Assembly (NCBI GenBank): GCA_963758495.1
Contig: CAVWVI010000004.1
Location: 864,001 to 928,000, forward strand
Direction of reading: 5' to 3'
Source: Oligoflexia bacterium
GTDB lineage: Bacteria > Bdellovibrionota > UBA1018
DNA: 64,000 bases
This document shows, piece by piece, positions 8,076 through 17,633 of the stretch. The position numbers and the translations under genes are program-made. The number at the start of each line of letters is the position of its first letter. Position 1 is the first letter of the stretch. The notes below the pieces were generated by a model. The model ran no database searches. It was not told where the DNA came from and worked only from the letters and a program-made list of their open reading frames with translations.

Positions 8076-10037
8076 TTAATGAATCATTACAGAAAAATCT
8101 TTAATTGAAGTCACTCCATTAGCAGGCGTAGCCTCAACTCGAAAACTCACCGGTTTTCCGTGTTTGGCATAGGGATTTACTTTCACCCAAATAGCAGTGC
8201 GCCAGTTATGATTAAAGTAAGGATTTGTTTTAAAATAACTATTCCCGACTGGAACATGATTTCCTCCATTATCTGGATTTAACTCTGACACAATAGAGGT
8301 ACCATTGATTTTACCATACATAATCTGAGTCTGATTGCCCCCAGGCCGTGACATGTATCCAATATTGATTATGCCATCTAGAAGGGTCACATCCGGATCA
8401 AGTGAAGTCACAGTCAGTAGAACACCACCTGCAGTGACATCAGAAATATTTTGAATGTCAAACCAGACTGCAGCGATCTCACCCGGATCTAATCGTGAAT
8501 TTGGCTCTGTCGACAATTCTATAGGAATACTAGATGAATCCACATCCATCTTCAAAAGCCATTTTTGAAGTAACTCTGGATTATCTTCCACATAGACACC
8601 AGGAGTCACACTCTCAGAAATAAAAATATTTGTTCCCGACCCTATCTCCATCCAATCATCATTGGTTATCGTAGGTCCGTCATACAGACCCCGCTCATGA
8701 AGCTTTTGCTGAATCAACAGAGTATCATTCAAAATAGTGTCATTCGAATGAGCGTCAGACAGATTTAATTCAAGGACCTGTCCAGAATAAGTGAGTAAAT
8801 TAGAGGCAAACCCTAAAAATGTCACTGGAGAATGATTTGTCTTAGAATTTGCGGCCGGAAGGTGCCGTATAGATTCCAAAATAAGCTGAGACATGACTTT
8901 GTTTGTAAATGTATCATCGTCTGAATGATTAGCCTTCAGTGCCGAGTAAACATCCCAAAGTGCCCCAAGCATAAGTACACCTGCATTATGTATTTCTTCC
9001 TGAGAAGGATATTCCAAATAAGCATCGCGCGCGGAATACTGACCTTTTTGACTTGCAGAATAAGGCCATCCTAACCCATCAGGATAGGCATAACTAATGG
9101 TACTTAATTTTTCACTTGGAGTATTTTCAAATGAAAATGAGGGATAGTGATCACACTTTGGAAAATTTGAGTCATATACCGGACATCGATGAGCGCCTCG
9201 CACATGACTTCCTTTAGGATCAAACGTCCCTAAAGCCCAACGACTGAAAGTTCGAGGGTCAAGGTTCAAACTAGGAGTTATCATATTGTCCGTAAAAATT
9301 AACCCCATAAAATCAGAAATAGCTTCATTCAAAGAACCTGCCTCATCATACCAAAACTGATTCAGAGTTTGAGTCATTGAGTAACTATCTATCGTAGTAG
9401 CATGTTCTAATTCATGGACCGTAACCACTGCATCGTCGGAATAAGACGCGCCTGGAGTCTTCACTGAGTCCCCAAGACAAACAAGTTCCGTATTTTTTCC
9501 ACCCGCATTCAGTATTCTCACGTAAAAAGCATTTTCATCCGCCATCTCGCAATGAGCCATGATAGTGACTGGAGATTTGGTTTGTAAATATCCAATACTA
9601 TCTAAATAAGATTGATATATATCTCCAAAATAGTAAACCATTGCTTCTTGAAAATGCGTACTGCCGTGCGGATATGAAAAATGATTTCCTGGACTAAAAG
9701 CTCCAAATCCATCGTTACATTGTCGCCCATTCACAGCTTCAATATAAGTTCCTTTCAATACTCCTTCACCACTTAAATGAGAAAGAATGACAGGTTTTGT
9801 GTAGCTATCCAGGCTAGCTGTCGTAGGAGATAAATAAATATCCCCTGAGCTAGACAAAGGATCAGGCATAAATACCCTTGCCGATCCAGTAGCCCCGCCC
9901 ACCACACTGAGTGAGGCGGGAGCACACATACCAGAAGCATTTACCGATGGCTGAGTAGACTCCTGTTCAGCAGTGCATGCCATGGTGCCAAAAGTTAAAA
10001 TACAGACACTGATCAATCGAATTGCCCCACAACCCAT
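8076..10037 (-). CDS. M36/M4-like (gluzincin) zinc metalloprotease, probable lipoprotein
   Basis: DENAFY, HELEH, SLNEAISD, EEIHNAG..GALWD; TMAC lipobox-like; Ig-like C-terminal domain (RLDPGE). Confidence 0.82.
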   Translation of the reverse strand: MGCGAIRLISVCILTFGTMACTAEQESTQPSVNASGMCAPASLSVVGGATGSARVFMPDPLSSSGDIYLSPTTASLDSYTKPVILSHLSGEGVLKGTYIEAVNGRQCNDGFGAFSPGNHFSYPHGSTHFQEAMVYYFGDIYQSYLDSIGYLQTKSPVTIMAHCEMADENAFYVRILNAGGKNTELVCLGDSVKTPGASYSDDAVVTVHELEHATTIDSYSMTQTLNQFWYDEAGSLNEAISDFMGLIFTDNMITPSLNLDPRTFSRWALGTFDPKGSHVRGAHRCPVYDSNFPKCDHYPSFSFENTPSEKLSTISYAYPDGLGWPYSASQKGQYSARDAYLEYPSQEEIHNAGVLMLGALWDVYSALKANHSDDDTFTNKVMSQLILESIRHLPAANSKTNHSPVTFLGFASNLLTYSGQVLELNLSDAHSNDTILNDTLLIQQKLHERGLYDGPTITNDDWMEIGSGTNIFISESVTPGVYVEDNPELLQKWLLKMDVDSSSIPIELSTEPNSRLDPGEIAAVWFDIQNISDVTAGGVLLTVTSLDPDVTLLDGIINIGYMSRPGGNQTQIMYGKINGTSIVSELNPDNGGNHVPVGNSYFKTNPYFNHNWRTAIWVKVNPYAKHGKPVSFRVEATPANGVTSIKDFSVMIH

Positions 10038-10083
10038 AAGGGCTATGTAGCCTTAATTAGGTTTTTTTTATAGTCCGAATTGT

Positions 10084-11331
10084 TTAATGCACACGCTCTA
10101 AACGGAGCACCTTTTCTTTCAATGCTTTAATCACAGCAGCACTATGTTCTGGACCTCGCGTCTCAAGCGTTAAAGCAACATCCGTTTGATTCATTTTTGT
10201 AAATGGCTCACTGCGATCATGAATAGCTTGCAATATATTTGCGCCCTGCTTTGCAATCAGTTGAGTTAAACCTGCAAGTGAGCCAGGTCGATCTGCAAGT
10301 AATACATTGACTCGAAGACGTCGACCTGCTCGGATTAGACCTAAGTCAATAATTCGAGCTAGCAAGTTCACATCAATATTTCCACCGCTCACGATGAGAA
10401 CTACTTTTTTACCTTGAATTCTCTCTTTCAAAGATTCCAATGCTGCAAGTGGAACAGCGCCTGCTCCTTCTGCAATGACTTTAGCTTTTTCCATCAGCAT
10501 TAATACCGATGCAGCAATAGCATCTTCATCTACCTCAACCCAATCATCCACAGTTAACGCAAGAATTTTTCGCATTTTTTCACTTGCATGCATCACTGCT
10601 ATTCCGTCTGCGAATGTGTTGGATGACTCTAAGGTCACTGCTTTCCCATTTTGAATCGATTGAATCATAGATGGCGCACCCAGCGCTTGACAGCCTATCA
10701 CCTGCGCTTGGGGCTTAAGTGCCTTAAAAACTGTAGATACTCCAGCGATGAGTCCACCGCCCCCTACTGAGCTCAGAACAAAATCAACATCAGGGAGCTG
10801 TTCAAGGATTTCCAAACCAACCGTGCCTTGCCCTGCTACTACCAGTTCATCTTCAAAAGCATGTACAAAAACTCGTTTCGTTTTTTCAGCAATTTTTCTG
10901 GCATGATCATAAGACTCATCATAATTACCTCCACGCAAAACAACTTCTGCACCCAGAGCTTTGGTATTCTGAAGCTTAACAATTGGCGCACAGGTGGGCA
11001 TCACAATTAAAGCATTCACCCCTAACTGACGAGCACCCCAAGCCACACCTTGAGCATGATTACCTGCACTCGCAGCAATGACTCCCTTCCTTTTTTGAAT
11101 AGAAGAAAGTCTTGATATTTTATATGTAGCGCCACGAATTTTAAAAGATCCGATTGGCTGCATATTTTCTAATTTTAAATAAACTTCGCATCCCATGGCT
11201 TCTGAAATCCAAGAATTAAAAAGCAGAGGAGATGGATGTAAATATTTTTCTAGCTCTCTTTTTGCTTTTTGGATCTCTGTTAATCGGATTTTCAAAGACT
11301 CCCCCAATCTAGTACTAAAGTCGACCTGCAA
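10084..11331 (-). CDS. ilvA: Threonine ammonia-lyase (medium form, one ACT domain)
   Basis: KLENMQPIGSFKIRGA, ASAGNHAQG, VGGGGL, SGGNID, DRPGSL ACT domain. Confidence 0.93.
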   Translation of the reverse strand: MQVDFSTRLGESLKIRLTEIQKAKRELEKYLHPSPLLFNSWISEAMGCEVYLKLENMQPIGSFKIRGATYKISRLSSIQKRKGVIAASAGNHAQGVAWGARQLGVNALIVMPTCAPIVKLQNTKALGAEVVLRGGNYDESYDHARKIAEKTKRVFVHAFEDELVVAGQGTVGLEILEQLPDVDFVLSSVGGGGLIAGVSTVFKALKPQAQVIGCQALGAPSMIQSIQNGKAVTLESSNTFADGIAVMHASEKMRKILALTVDDWVEVDEDAIAASVLMLMEKAKVIAEGAGAVPLAALESLKERIQGKKVVLIVSGGNIDVNLLARIIDLGLIRAGRRLRVNVLLADRPGSLAGLTQLIAKQGANILQAIHDRSEPFTKMNQTDVALTLETRGPEHSAAVIKALKEKVLRLERVH

Positions 11332-11998
11332 CCGGAATTAAAGCTCCATGAATGGGCTTTCCTAAAGACGAGGTCAATGAAAAAATAATATCTGCGAGCT
11401 GTCCTGGCTGAACCCAATCTGAGAAATTTGCTTGGGGCATCTCTCTTCGATTCGAAGGGGTATCAATCACCGTAGGTAAAACCGCATTCACTGTAATATC
11501 AAAAGCCTTAGTTTCCTCAGCTAAAGCAGAGGTCAGCATATTGAGTCCCGCTTTGGAGGCAGCATAAGCGGCCATCCCTTGACCCGGTTGAAAAGTCGCG
11601 CGCGAGCTTATAAATACAATACGTCCAAAATTTCTTTTTTTCATTCCAGGGATGAGTTCCCTCGCTAAAAAGAACGCTGATTTCAAATTTGTGTTGATTA
11701 AAAAATCCAGATCGTCATCTCGAATTTGCTCTACTGTAGAAAATCGAAATCCACCCGCACAATGAACCCATATATCAAATGATTGATTAGAAAAAGCAGC
11801 ACTCACCGCTTGAGAATCAGTCAAATCAACTTGGGCCCAATGAATTGAACTCCATTTTTGATGAACCGGATCCAGGGATTTATGAAAGACTCCCGTCACA
11901 TCCAATCCAGTTTGTAGAAACTTCTCGGCAACAGAGAACCCTAATACTCCGTTTGCCCCTGTCAATAAAACCTTTTTTTTTGTTATTGAAGAACTCAT
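11315..11998 (-). CDS. Short-chain dehydrogenase/reductase
   Basis: TGANGVLG, CAGG, YAASK, NAVLPTVIDT. Confidence 0.92.
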   Translation of the reverse strand: MSSSITKKKVLLTGANGVLGFSVAEKFLQTGLDVTGVFHKSLDPVHQKWSSIHWAQVDLTDSQAVSAAFSNQSFDIWVHCAGGFRFSTVEQIRDDDLDFLINTNLKSAFFLARELIPGMKKRNFGRIVFISSRATFQPGQGMAAYAASKAGLNMLTSALAEETKAFDITVNAVLPTVIDTPSNRREMPQANFSDWVQPGQLADIIFSLTSSLGKPIHGALIPVAGRL

Positions 11999-12058
11999 GC
12001 CTAAATCTATACCAAGCCCACTCAGGGTTCACAAATTTTAACTCAGATTTTATGCGGA

Positions 12059-13045
12059 TTAAGCTGTTTTTCCTATTTTCCCTAAATGAGGCATTTTTTC
12101 CCGCAGCATGGACGTTCGAATCACCCAAACAGGGCAATCTGCATTTCGAATCACTTCACGAGTGATACTTCCAATCAACATGGATTCGATCGAACTTGAA
12201 TGACCTTCCATTATAATTAAACCTGCAGCTTTTCTCTTGGCAAGCGCGGATAATGAAGCTGATATTGGCCCTCCTGCAGACTCAATCACATAATCAGTGG
12301 GTACCCCCTGGCGAGTGGCCCAACGAGCCCAGACCTCTGCGCATTTAGACTGTTGATCTATGTCTTTGCCCAGATACGAATGGGAAGACACCCACGTTCC
12401 ACCTCCCAATAAATACACACCAGACTGAATCAGGGAGTCAATTGGATGCAAAACTGAATGGAAAAGGGTCAATCGTGCTGTGAGTTTTTTTGCAACTTTA
12501 ACCACTTTCCGAAATAAGAAACGAGATTCACAGGCCAGATTACTTGGAAAAATGATTTGATTTAATGAATGCATCTGTTTCATCATCGGAGGAATAACCA
12601 TTACCGGTACTTTTGACTTTGCAAGAAGATCTTCTGTAAAACTGCCAAACAATAGCCGTTTTACTCCCGCTCTTCCATGAGGATTGACCCAAATGATATC
12701 GGCACTCACGGAGCGAGCATATTCAGAAAGAATCTCAGAATTTGTATTATGTCGATCGGCCTTATGAACTAGGACTCTTGGCTGCTTTATTCCTTTTACT
12801 TGAACTCGATTCAAAATTTCTTGAATCACTCTTTTTGCGGCTGCTTGATAACTAGACACTCTCTTTAAGTCTTCTTCTCCCTCATCAATGAATCCTGACT
12901 CACTCAAGACATAAACAGGTTCTATGGCAGTTTCAGTCCGACTGACAAAATCCTGAAGACACTGCGCGATCAATCCATAAACCTCTTGATTCGGTTCAAA
13001 TGGATCCATTGCCCAAATAATTTTTTTCAGAGATTCAATAGACAT
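12059..13045 (-). CDS. Tandem-domain universal stress protein
   Basis: HGRAGVKRLLFGSFTEDLL..KVPVMV and IGSITREVIRNADCPVWV; probable start MSIESL at 13045. Confidence 0.9.
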   Translation of the reverse strand: MSIESLKKIIWAMDPFEPNQEVYGLIAQCLQDFVSRTETAIEPVYVLSESGFIDEGEEDLKRVSSYQAAAKRVIQEILNRVQVKGIKQPRVLVHKADRHNTNSEILSEYARSVSADIIWVNPHGRAGVKRLLFGSFTEDLLAKSKVPVMVIPPMMKQMHSLNQIIFPSNLACESRFLFRKVVKVAKKLTARLTLFHSVLHPIDSLIQSGVYLLGGGTWVSSHSYLGKDIDQQSKCAEVWARWATRQGVPTDYVIESAGGPISASLSALAKRKAAGLIIMEGHSSSIESMLIGSITREVIRNADCPVWVIRTSMLREKMPHLGKIGKTA

Positions 13046-13061
13046 CTTAACAATTAAATAA

Positions 13062-13077
13062 AGCATGAGACGTGCCA
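13062..13077 (-). promoter_or_regulatory. Sigma54 promoter for the Usp gene
   Basis: Minus strand TGGCACGTCTCATGCT, close to consensus TGGCAC-N5-TTGCW. Confidence 0.65.
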
Positions 13078-13232
13078 TACTAGCTTTTGATAAGGAATTT
13101 TATTGACTTTCTAAAATAAGTCCGTTTTTAAGTACAACTAGAATACGGTTATGAGTTCCTTAGTTGATTTTTCGATGCACCTACGCTACTTAAGCGCAAT
13201 CAGGCTATTTAGATACTAAAATTGAGGGCATC

Positions 13233-14756
13233 GTGCAGTTCATTTCATCAGTTTTAAATGAGTTCCATATTGCGACGAGCGGCCTCCACGCGGTATCCCA
13301 ATCAGGTTATCTATTCCTCTTTATATTTGCACTCTTACTTGCGTGTGGATTCGAGTTTATTAATGGCTTCCATGACGCTGCAAATGCGATTGCCACTGTC
13401 ATTTATACGCGATCCTTGAAGCCTTGGATTGCCGTAACCCTAGCAGGAATATGTAATTTTTTAGGCACGTTATTAGGCGGTACAACGGTAGCAATGGGAA
13501 TCATTAAATTACTGCCGAACGAACTCCTCATCTCTACTCAAATGGGTGTAAGTTTTGCGATGATTTTCGCATTTTTAAGTGCAGCCATTTTATGGAATTT
13601 AACCATTTGGCTTTTATCTTTGCCTGCCTCTAGCTCACATGCGCTGATTGGAGCAATCCTTGGAATTGGAATTGCTAACGCTTACTCAACTGGAATGCCC
13701 CTCTCCCACGGCATCAATTGGGTAAAAGCTGGCGAAATTGGTATCGCTCTTTTAATCTCTCCAGTCATTGGCTTTACTTTTTCTGGTATTCTCTTACTAC
13801 TCGCCAAACGGGTTTTTAAAAATACGAGTGTTCATAACGCACCCTCAGGCGAAACCCCACCTTTGTGGAAAGTTCGAACCACCCTTATTTTATCAAGCGT
13901 CGGCATCAGTCTGGCTCATGGCTCAAATGATGGTCAAAAAGGTGTAGCGCTCATTATGCTCATCCTCATGACTGTCCTGCCAGAACAATTTGCTTTACGG
14001 GGAACACTCAGCCCTAAAGAATTACAGCGCACAGTAGAAGCCTCTCATCATATTACCGAAATTCTTGCATTAGAAAGCTTTAGAGAAAAAACCCAAAACC
14101 CAGATACGGTTCTTTTTGAACCTAATGCAGCTGCCAGCACCCCACTTTCCTCTCAACCTACGAATTTAAAGATTGCAGACATTCTCAAAGGTGTTGAATC
14201 CATTGCAAATACCTTAGTGAGCAAACCTCAGCTCAATCTTCTTAACGTGAATGATCGAATCGAATTAAGATCAATCATTCTAACAGTGGATCAAAAAATC
14301 AGTAACCTGGAACAAGCCCAAAAAGGTCTCATTGCCCAGTCAAAATGGGCGACCATTCAAAAGGAACGTGCTCAGCTCAATAGCTTGACTGATTATGCTC
14401 CTCTTTGGGTGATCTTGCTCGTAGCATTTTCACTCGGTATGGGAACACTCATAGGCTGGAGACGCGTTGTAACAACAGTAGGGGAACGCATTGGAAAAAG
14501 TCACATGACCTATGCACAAGGGGCTTCGGCGGGACTTGTTGCTATGGGTACCATTGGAATATCCTCCTTTGCTGGACTCCCCGTGAGCACCACTCATGTG
14601 ATTTCATCTGGAATTGCGGGAACGATGGTTGCGGGGCGGACAGGCATACAGTATAAGACTATTAAAAATATTATTTTGGCGTGGATATTGACGTTACCTA
14701 CAGTAATGACATTATCTGCCGGACTTTTTCTTCTATTTTTGAAAATTTTTAAATAG
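13233..14756 (+). CDS. pitA: PiT-family inorganic phosphate transporter
   Basis: NGFHDAANAIAT, PASSSHALIG, HGSNDGQK, GLPVSTTH. Confidence 0.92.
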   Translation: MQFISSVLNEFHIATSGLHAVSQSGYLFLFIFALLLACGFEFINGFHDAANAIATVIYTRSLKPWIAVTLAGICNFLGTLLGGTTVAMGIIKLLPNELLISTQMGVSFAMIFAFLSAAILWNLTIWLLSLPASSSHALIGAILGIGIANAYSTGMPLSHGINWVKAGEIGIALLISPVIGFTFSGILLLLAKRVFKNTSVHNAPSGETPPLWKVRTTLILSSVGISLAHGSNDGQKGVALIMLILMTVLPEQFALRGTLSPKELQRTVEASHHITEILALESFREKTQNPDTVLFEPNAAASTPLSSQPTNLKIADILKGVESIANTLVSKPQLNLLNVNDRIELRSIILTVDQKISNLEQAQKGLIAQSKWATIQKERAQLNSLTDYAPLWVILLVAFSLGMGTLIGWRRVVTTVGERIGKSHMTYAQGASAGLVAMGTIGISSFAGLPVSTTHVISSGIAGTMVAGRTGIQYKTIKNIILAWILTLPTVMTLSAGLFLLFLKIFK

Positions 14757-15749
14757 AGGCTCAGTTACTTTTTCAATATTCTCATTCAGATTTATAATAG
14801 TTGGAAATGAAGCGCTGGGTGTTTTAGTAACGCACTCTTTTTCAGCTCTCGCTTTAACTGATTCAGCTCCCTTTTCAACTGAGGCTAAAAGTCCTGAACG
14901 GACCAAAAGCTCCTTCCAAAAATCGGTGTGAGTATACTGGAACTTTGTGTCACCAGGACCATCAGAATTAAATCGCTGTTTTGCAAATGCCGGGGTCGCC
15001 TCAGGATGAAAAGCACAAGCAATCACCTTTCCCTCGCCATGGCTCGAAGAAACTGCACCAATAGCCTCTTTTTGTTTGGCGTGAGTATATCGGGCTAATA
15101 CTTGAATGTTTGGATTTTTCAAGCCCTGTGGATCATCTGCATCCACGAGAAAGCTTCCCATATGCCAAAAGGACTTAAATTTCTTTTTGTCAGGCGTTTC
15201 CAGTTCTACCCATTGTCCTTTGGCTTCCTCCCCTACTTTCAATCCATGAGAAGGCCAGTACGCGTTCACTTTGACTAATCCAGCCATATTCCAATTTGGA
15301 TTCACGAAGTCTGGTGAATCCTCAAGGTAGATTCTTTTACTTGCGAGATTTGAGCCTGCGCAAATGCCTAAATAGTTTCCACCCTGGCGAATAAACTGGT
15401 CAATCGCCTGAATTCCAGGTTCATCAGTTTTACTCAACCTGACCTCTGTCAAAGCTTTCGCCATTTTCGCAGCATTGCCGCCAGGAATCACCAGAGCATA
15501 ATTCTTCGCAGTTTCAGTATTTAGAGAAAGAAAGTTCACCAATTCAGTGGGGGTTGTGAAAACTTTGATATCAGAATGGGCATCTGCATTTTGGATTGCC
15601 TGTATCGTATTTTGCCCAATTTTGTCATCAACTCCCGGCCCCGTATAAACCAAAGCAATCCGATTTGCCCACGCCAGATCAGAGATTGCCAGAAAAACAA
15701 ATCCAAAAATCACTCCCAAGCTGCGACCATGAACCCCATTCTTCATCAT
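14733..15749 (-). CDS. Secreted BPL-N (class I glutamine amidotransferase-like) protein
   Basis: LVYTGPG, VIPGG, GGNYLGICAG, HPE triad; signal peptide ending LAWA. Confidence 0.75.
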   Translation of the reverse strand: MMKNGVHGRSLGVIFGFVFLAISDLAWANRIALVYTGPGVDDKIGQNTIQAIQNADAHSDIKVFTTPTELVNFLSLNTETAKNYALVIPGGNAAKMAKALTEVRLSKTDEPGIQAIDQFIRQGGNYLGICAGSNLASKRIYLEDSPDFVNPNWNMAGLVKVNAYWPSHGLKVGEEAKGQWVELETPDKKKFKSFWHMGSFLVDADDPQGLKNPNIQVLARYTHAKQKEAIGAVSSSHGEGKVIACAFHPEATPAFAKQRFNSDGPGDTKFQYTHTDFWKELLVRSGLLASVEKGAESVKARAEKECVTKTPSASFPTIINLNENIEKVTEPLFKNFQK

Positions 15750-15810
15750 GAATCCTCAATATTGACTGTAAAAGGAATAAAAGCTATCACCCAAAAATAT
15801 GAGAAAAAGG

Positions 15811-16128
15811 CTAGGCCACTCGTTTAAATTCAAATTTGATACCTAGAATCTCCGCATAGCGAATGAGCCGATCAAGAGTGAACTCATCAAAATGATAACG
15901 CAGGAGCTTACTGATCAAAGCCTCACCAATCTCAAGCTTTTGAGCAAGTTCACGCTGGGTAAAATCATGTTCACGTTTGTAAACAATGAACGAAGCACAG
16001 ATATCGCGTTTCATCAGATCAACTACCGGGGCGTCTTTTGGTACTGCCCTACTGTAAAGATCTGGATTCTCATCCAGTTTTTTTAAAACCTTCGCGATCT
16101 CTTCGCGTTTTGGCCATTTTGTCGTCAT
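15811..16128 (-). CDS. XRE-family HTH protein, probable antitoxin
   Basis: TQRELAQKLEIGEALISKLL...FTLDRLIRY; ATGA overlap with the upstream gene. Confidence 0.8.
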   Translation of the reverse strand: MTTKWPKREEIAKVLKKLDENPDLYSRAVPKDAPVVDLMKRDICASFIVYKREHDFTQRELAQKLEIGEALISKLLRYHFDEFTLDRLIRYAEILGIKFEFKRVA

Positions 16129-16424
16129 TTTTTCTCCTTTACCCGAAAGGCGCTCACCACACCTAAAAATTTTTCTTCACAATAAGTGAGAACCACCCGG
16201 TAGCACTTTTTTTGCCTAACCACAGTTTCGGCAAAATACTTAAACTCTCCTTGTTCACTCTCTGGTTCAGATTCATTTTGATCCAGTAGCTTGATGAGTT
16301 CTAAAATCAGTTGATCCGTCATATCTGGATGATTTTTTTGGTAGTGAGGATCAATAATTAATCGGGTAAAATTTCGTTTGTTGAATATGAGGGCTAGCTT
16401 ATACTCGCGACAATCCTCGGACAT
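16125..16424 (-). CDS. Probable RelE/BrnT-like toxin
   Basis: 99 aa, DPHY..NHP, C-terminal YRVVL...GVVSAFR strands; translationally coupled to the HTH gene. Confidence 0.55.
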   Translation of the reverse strand: MSEDCREYKLALIFNKRNFTRLIIDPHYQKNHPDMTDQLILELIKLLDQNESEPESEQGEFKYFAETVVRQKKCYRVVLTYCEEKFLGVVSAFRVKEKK

Positions 16425-16438
16425 ATTCTAACTATTTC

Positions 16439-16476
16439 ATACTTTCCATATTTGTCAATCCATATTTAGAAAGTAT
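16439..16476 (-). promoter_or_regulatory. Candidate autoregulatory operator and -35 box
   Basis: ATACTTTC (16439) ... GAAAGTAT (16476) inverted repeat flanking minus-strand TTGACA at 16453-16458. Confidence 0.45.
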
Positions 16477-16522
16477 CACAGTTGCACTTCAAGTCAGAAT
16501 ACAAGACTAGCAATAAAAAGAG

Positions 16523-16686
16523 ATTGTGCGCCTGCCACGAAGGATGAACTCAAGCTAAGTCATCATGATGACATCGCCTTTATTAATGACTGTATGGTGA
16601 GTGGGCTCATATCGTCATTTTGCTTGGATGAGTATTTGAATTTTTTATGGATTTTCGCAATTCATCCTTCGTGACAGGCGCACAAT
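16523..16686. mobile_element. MITE-like element, 164 bp, 26-bp terminal inverted repeats
   Basis: ATTGTGCGCCTGCCACGAAGGATGAA (16523-16548) versus TTCATCCTTCGTGACAGGCGCACAAT (16661-16686): 25/26 complementary; no credible internal ORF. Confidence 0.7.
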
Positions 16687-16757
16687 GTAAACTTAAAAAT
16701 ACAGCTCTCACTTGCGTCTCACTCTCTCTGGGTATTCGCCATCCGAGGTAGATGGGC

Positions 16758-17006
16758 TTAAATTCCATCAACGAATGCTTTAACACTGATATCTTCGTCA
16801 ATCTCCGGCCAATAGATTCCATAACCGCCGGGAGAAATTTCCATTTTTGCCCGCTGTTTATCAGTTGCGTTCATCAGCTTTGGAAACCAAGCAATTGGGA
16901 TAGAAACTTCCCGACCATCACTCATCACTGCAATAATCTTATCCATTTCAGCTCGTACACTCATGATAGCTGGGTAATCTTTAGTTTTTCTGAGAGGCAA
17001 ATTCAT
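16758..17006 (-). CDS. DUF2442 protein (putative antitoxin)
   Basis: SDGREVSIPIAWFPKLMNAT...GIYWPEIDEDISV; likely start ATG 17006 overlapping the end of the DUF4160 frame. Confidence 0.88.
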   Translation of the reverse strand: MNLPLRKTKDYPAIMSVRAEMDKIIAVMSDGREVSIPIAWFPKLMNATDKQRAKMEISPGGYGIYWPEIDEDISVKAFVDGI

Positions 17007-17223
17007 TCCACTTCTCCATGAATAATTTAACTTTGTTTTTAACAATTTCCAAAACCTGTCTCTAATCTCGAGGCGAGAGATTGTATGCAAACTCAACTCC
17101 GAAAGAAGGGATCCAAATTTTCATTTCTCCACTTCTTCCGATTACGTGAATATGCGGAGGCTCCTTCCCTTCGTTTGCATAGAAATGAAACCGAAAACCG
17201 GCTTCACGATAGATCGTTGGCAT
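16981..17223 (-). pseudogene. DUF4160 (putative toxin) interrupted by an in-frame TAG
   Basis: MPTI...GFRFHFYANEGKEPPHIHV...SPRD*RQVLEIVKNKVKLFMEKWNEFASQKN*; TAG at 17062-17064, with the same frame continuing into the family-typical C-terminal helix. Confidence 0.85.
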
Positions 17224-17323
17224 TCTTATCCTCCCTTGACCTTTTATCTTCATTCAATCATCAATTGCCAGCTACAGATTGCAAATTTATCCCTGCTAAT
17301 CTGCTTAATTGGTCCCTAAAACT

Positions 17324-17357
17324 AAAAAAGGGCTACCGGTAAAACCGATAACCCTTT
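17324..17357 (-). terminator. Rho-independent terminator of tRNA-Lys
   Basis: Minus strand AAAGGGTTATCGGT-TTT-ACCGGTAGCCC-TTTTTT. Confidence 0.75.
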
Positions 17358-17365
17358 GAAATTCT

Positions 17366-17441
<76 letters not shown>

Positions 17442-17633
17442 ACGAGGGGAATCAGTTATCATTCTCTATAAGCAAGTGCAAGAGCTTAAGAGCAGCAAAA
17501 TGCTCTGCTTCCACTTACGACTACTACCTGACTAATAGAATCAAGTACTCTCTAGCCCGATCAGCAGCAAAAACTCGAAAAAAATAAAATATGAAGCTAA
17601 ACTCATCATTCAAGGCCATGAATCTGGGAGGGC

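Noticed and set aside
16526..16548. GTGCGCC as a group II intron 5' end
   Set aside because: It is one arm of an inverted repeat pair; no domain V or RT ORF is seen
16607..16822. 71-aa minus-strand ORF
   Set aside because: Overlaps DUF2442 and the MITE end; no recognisable motif
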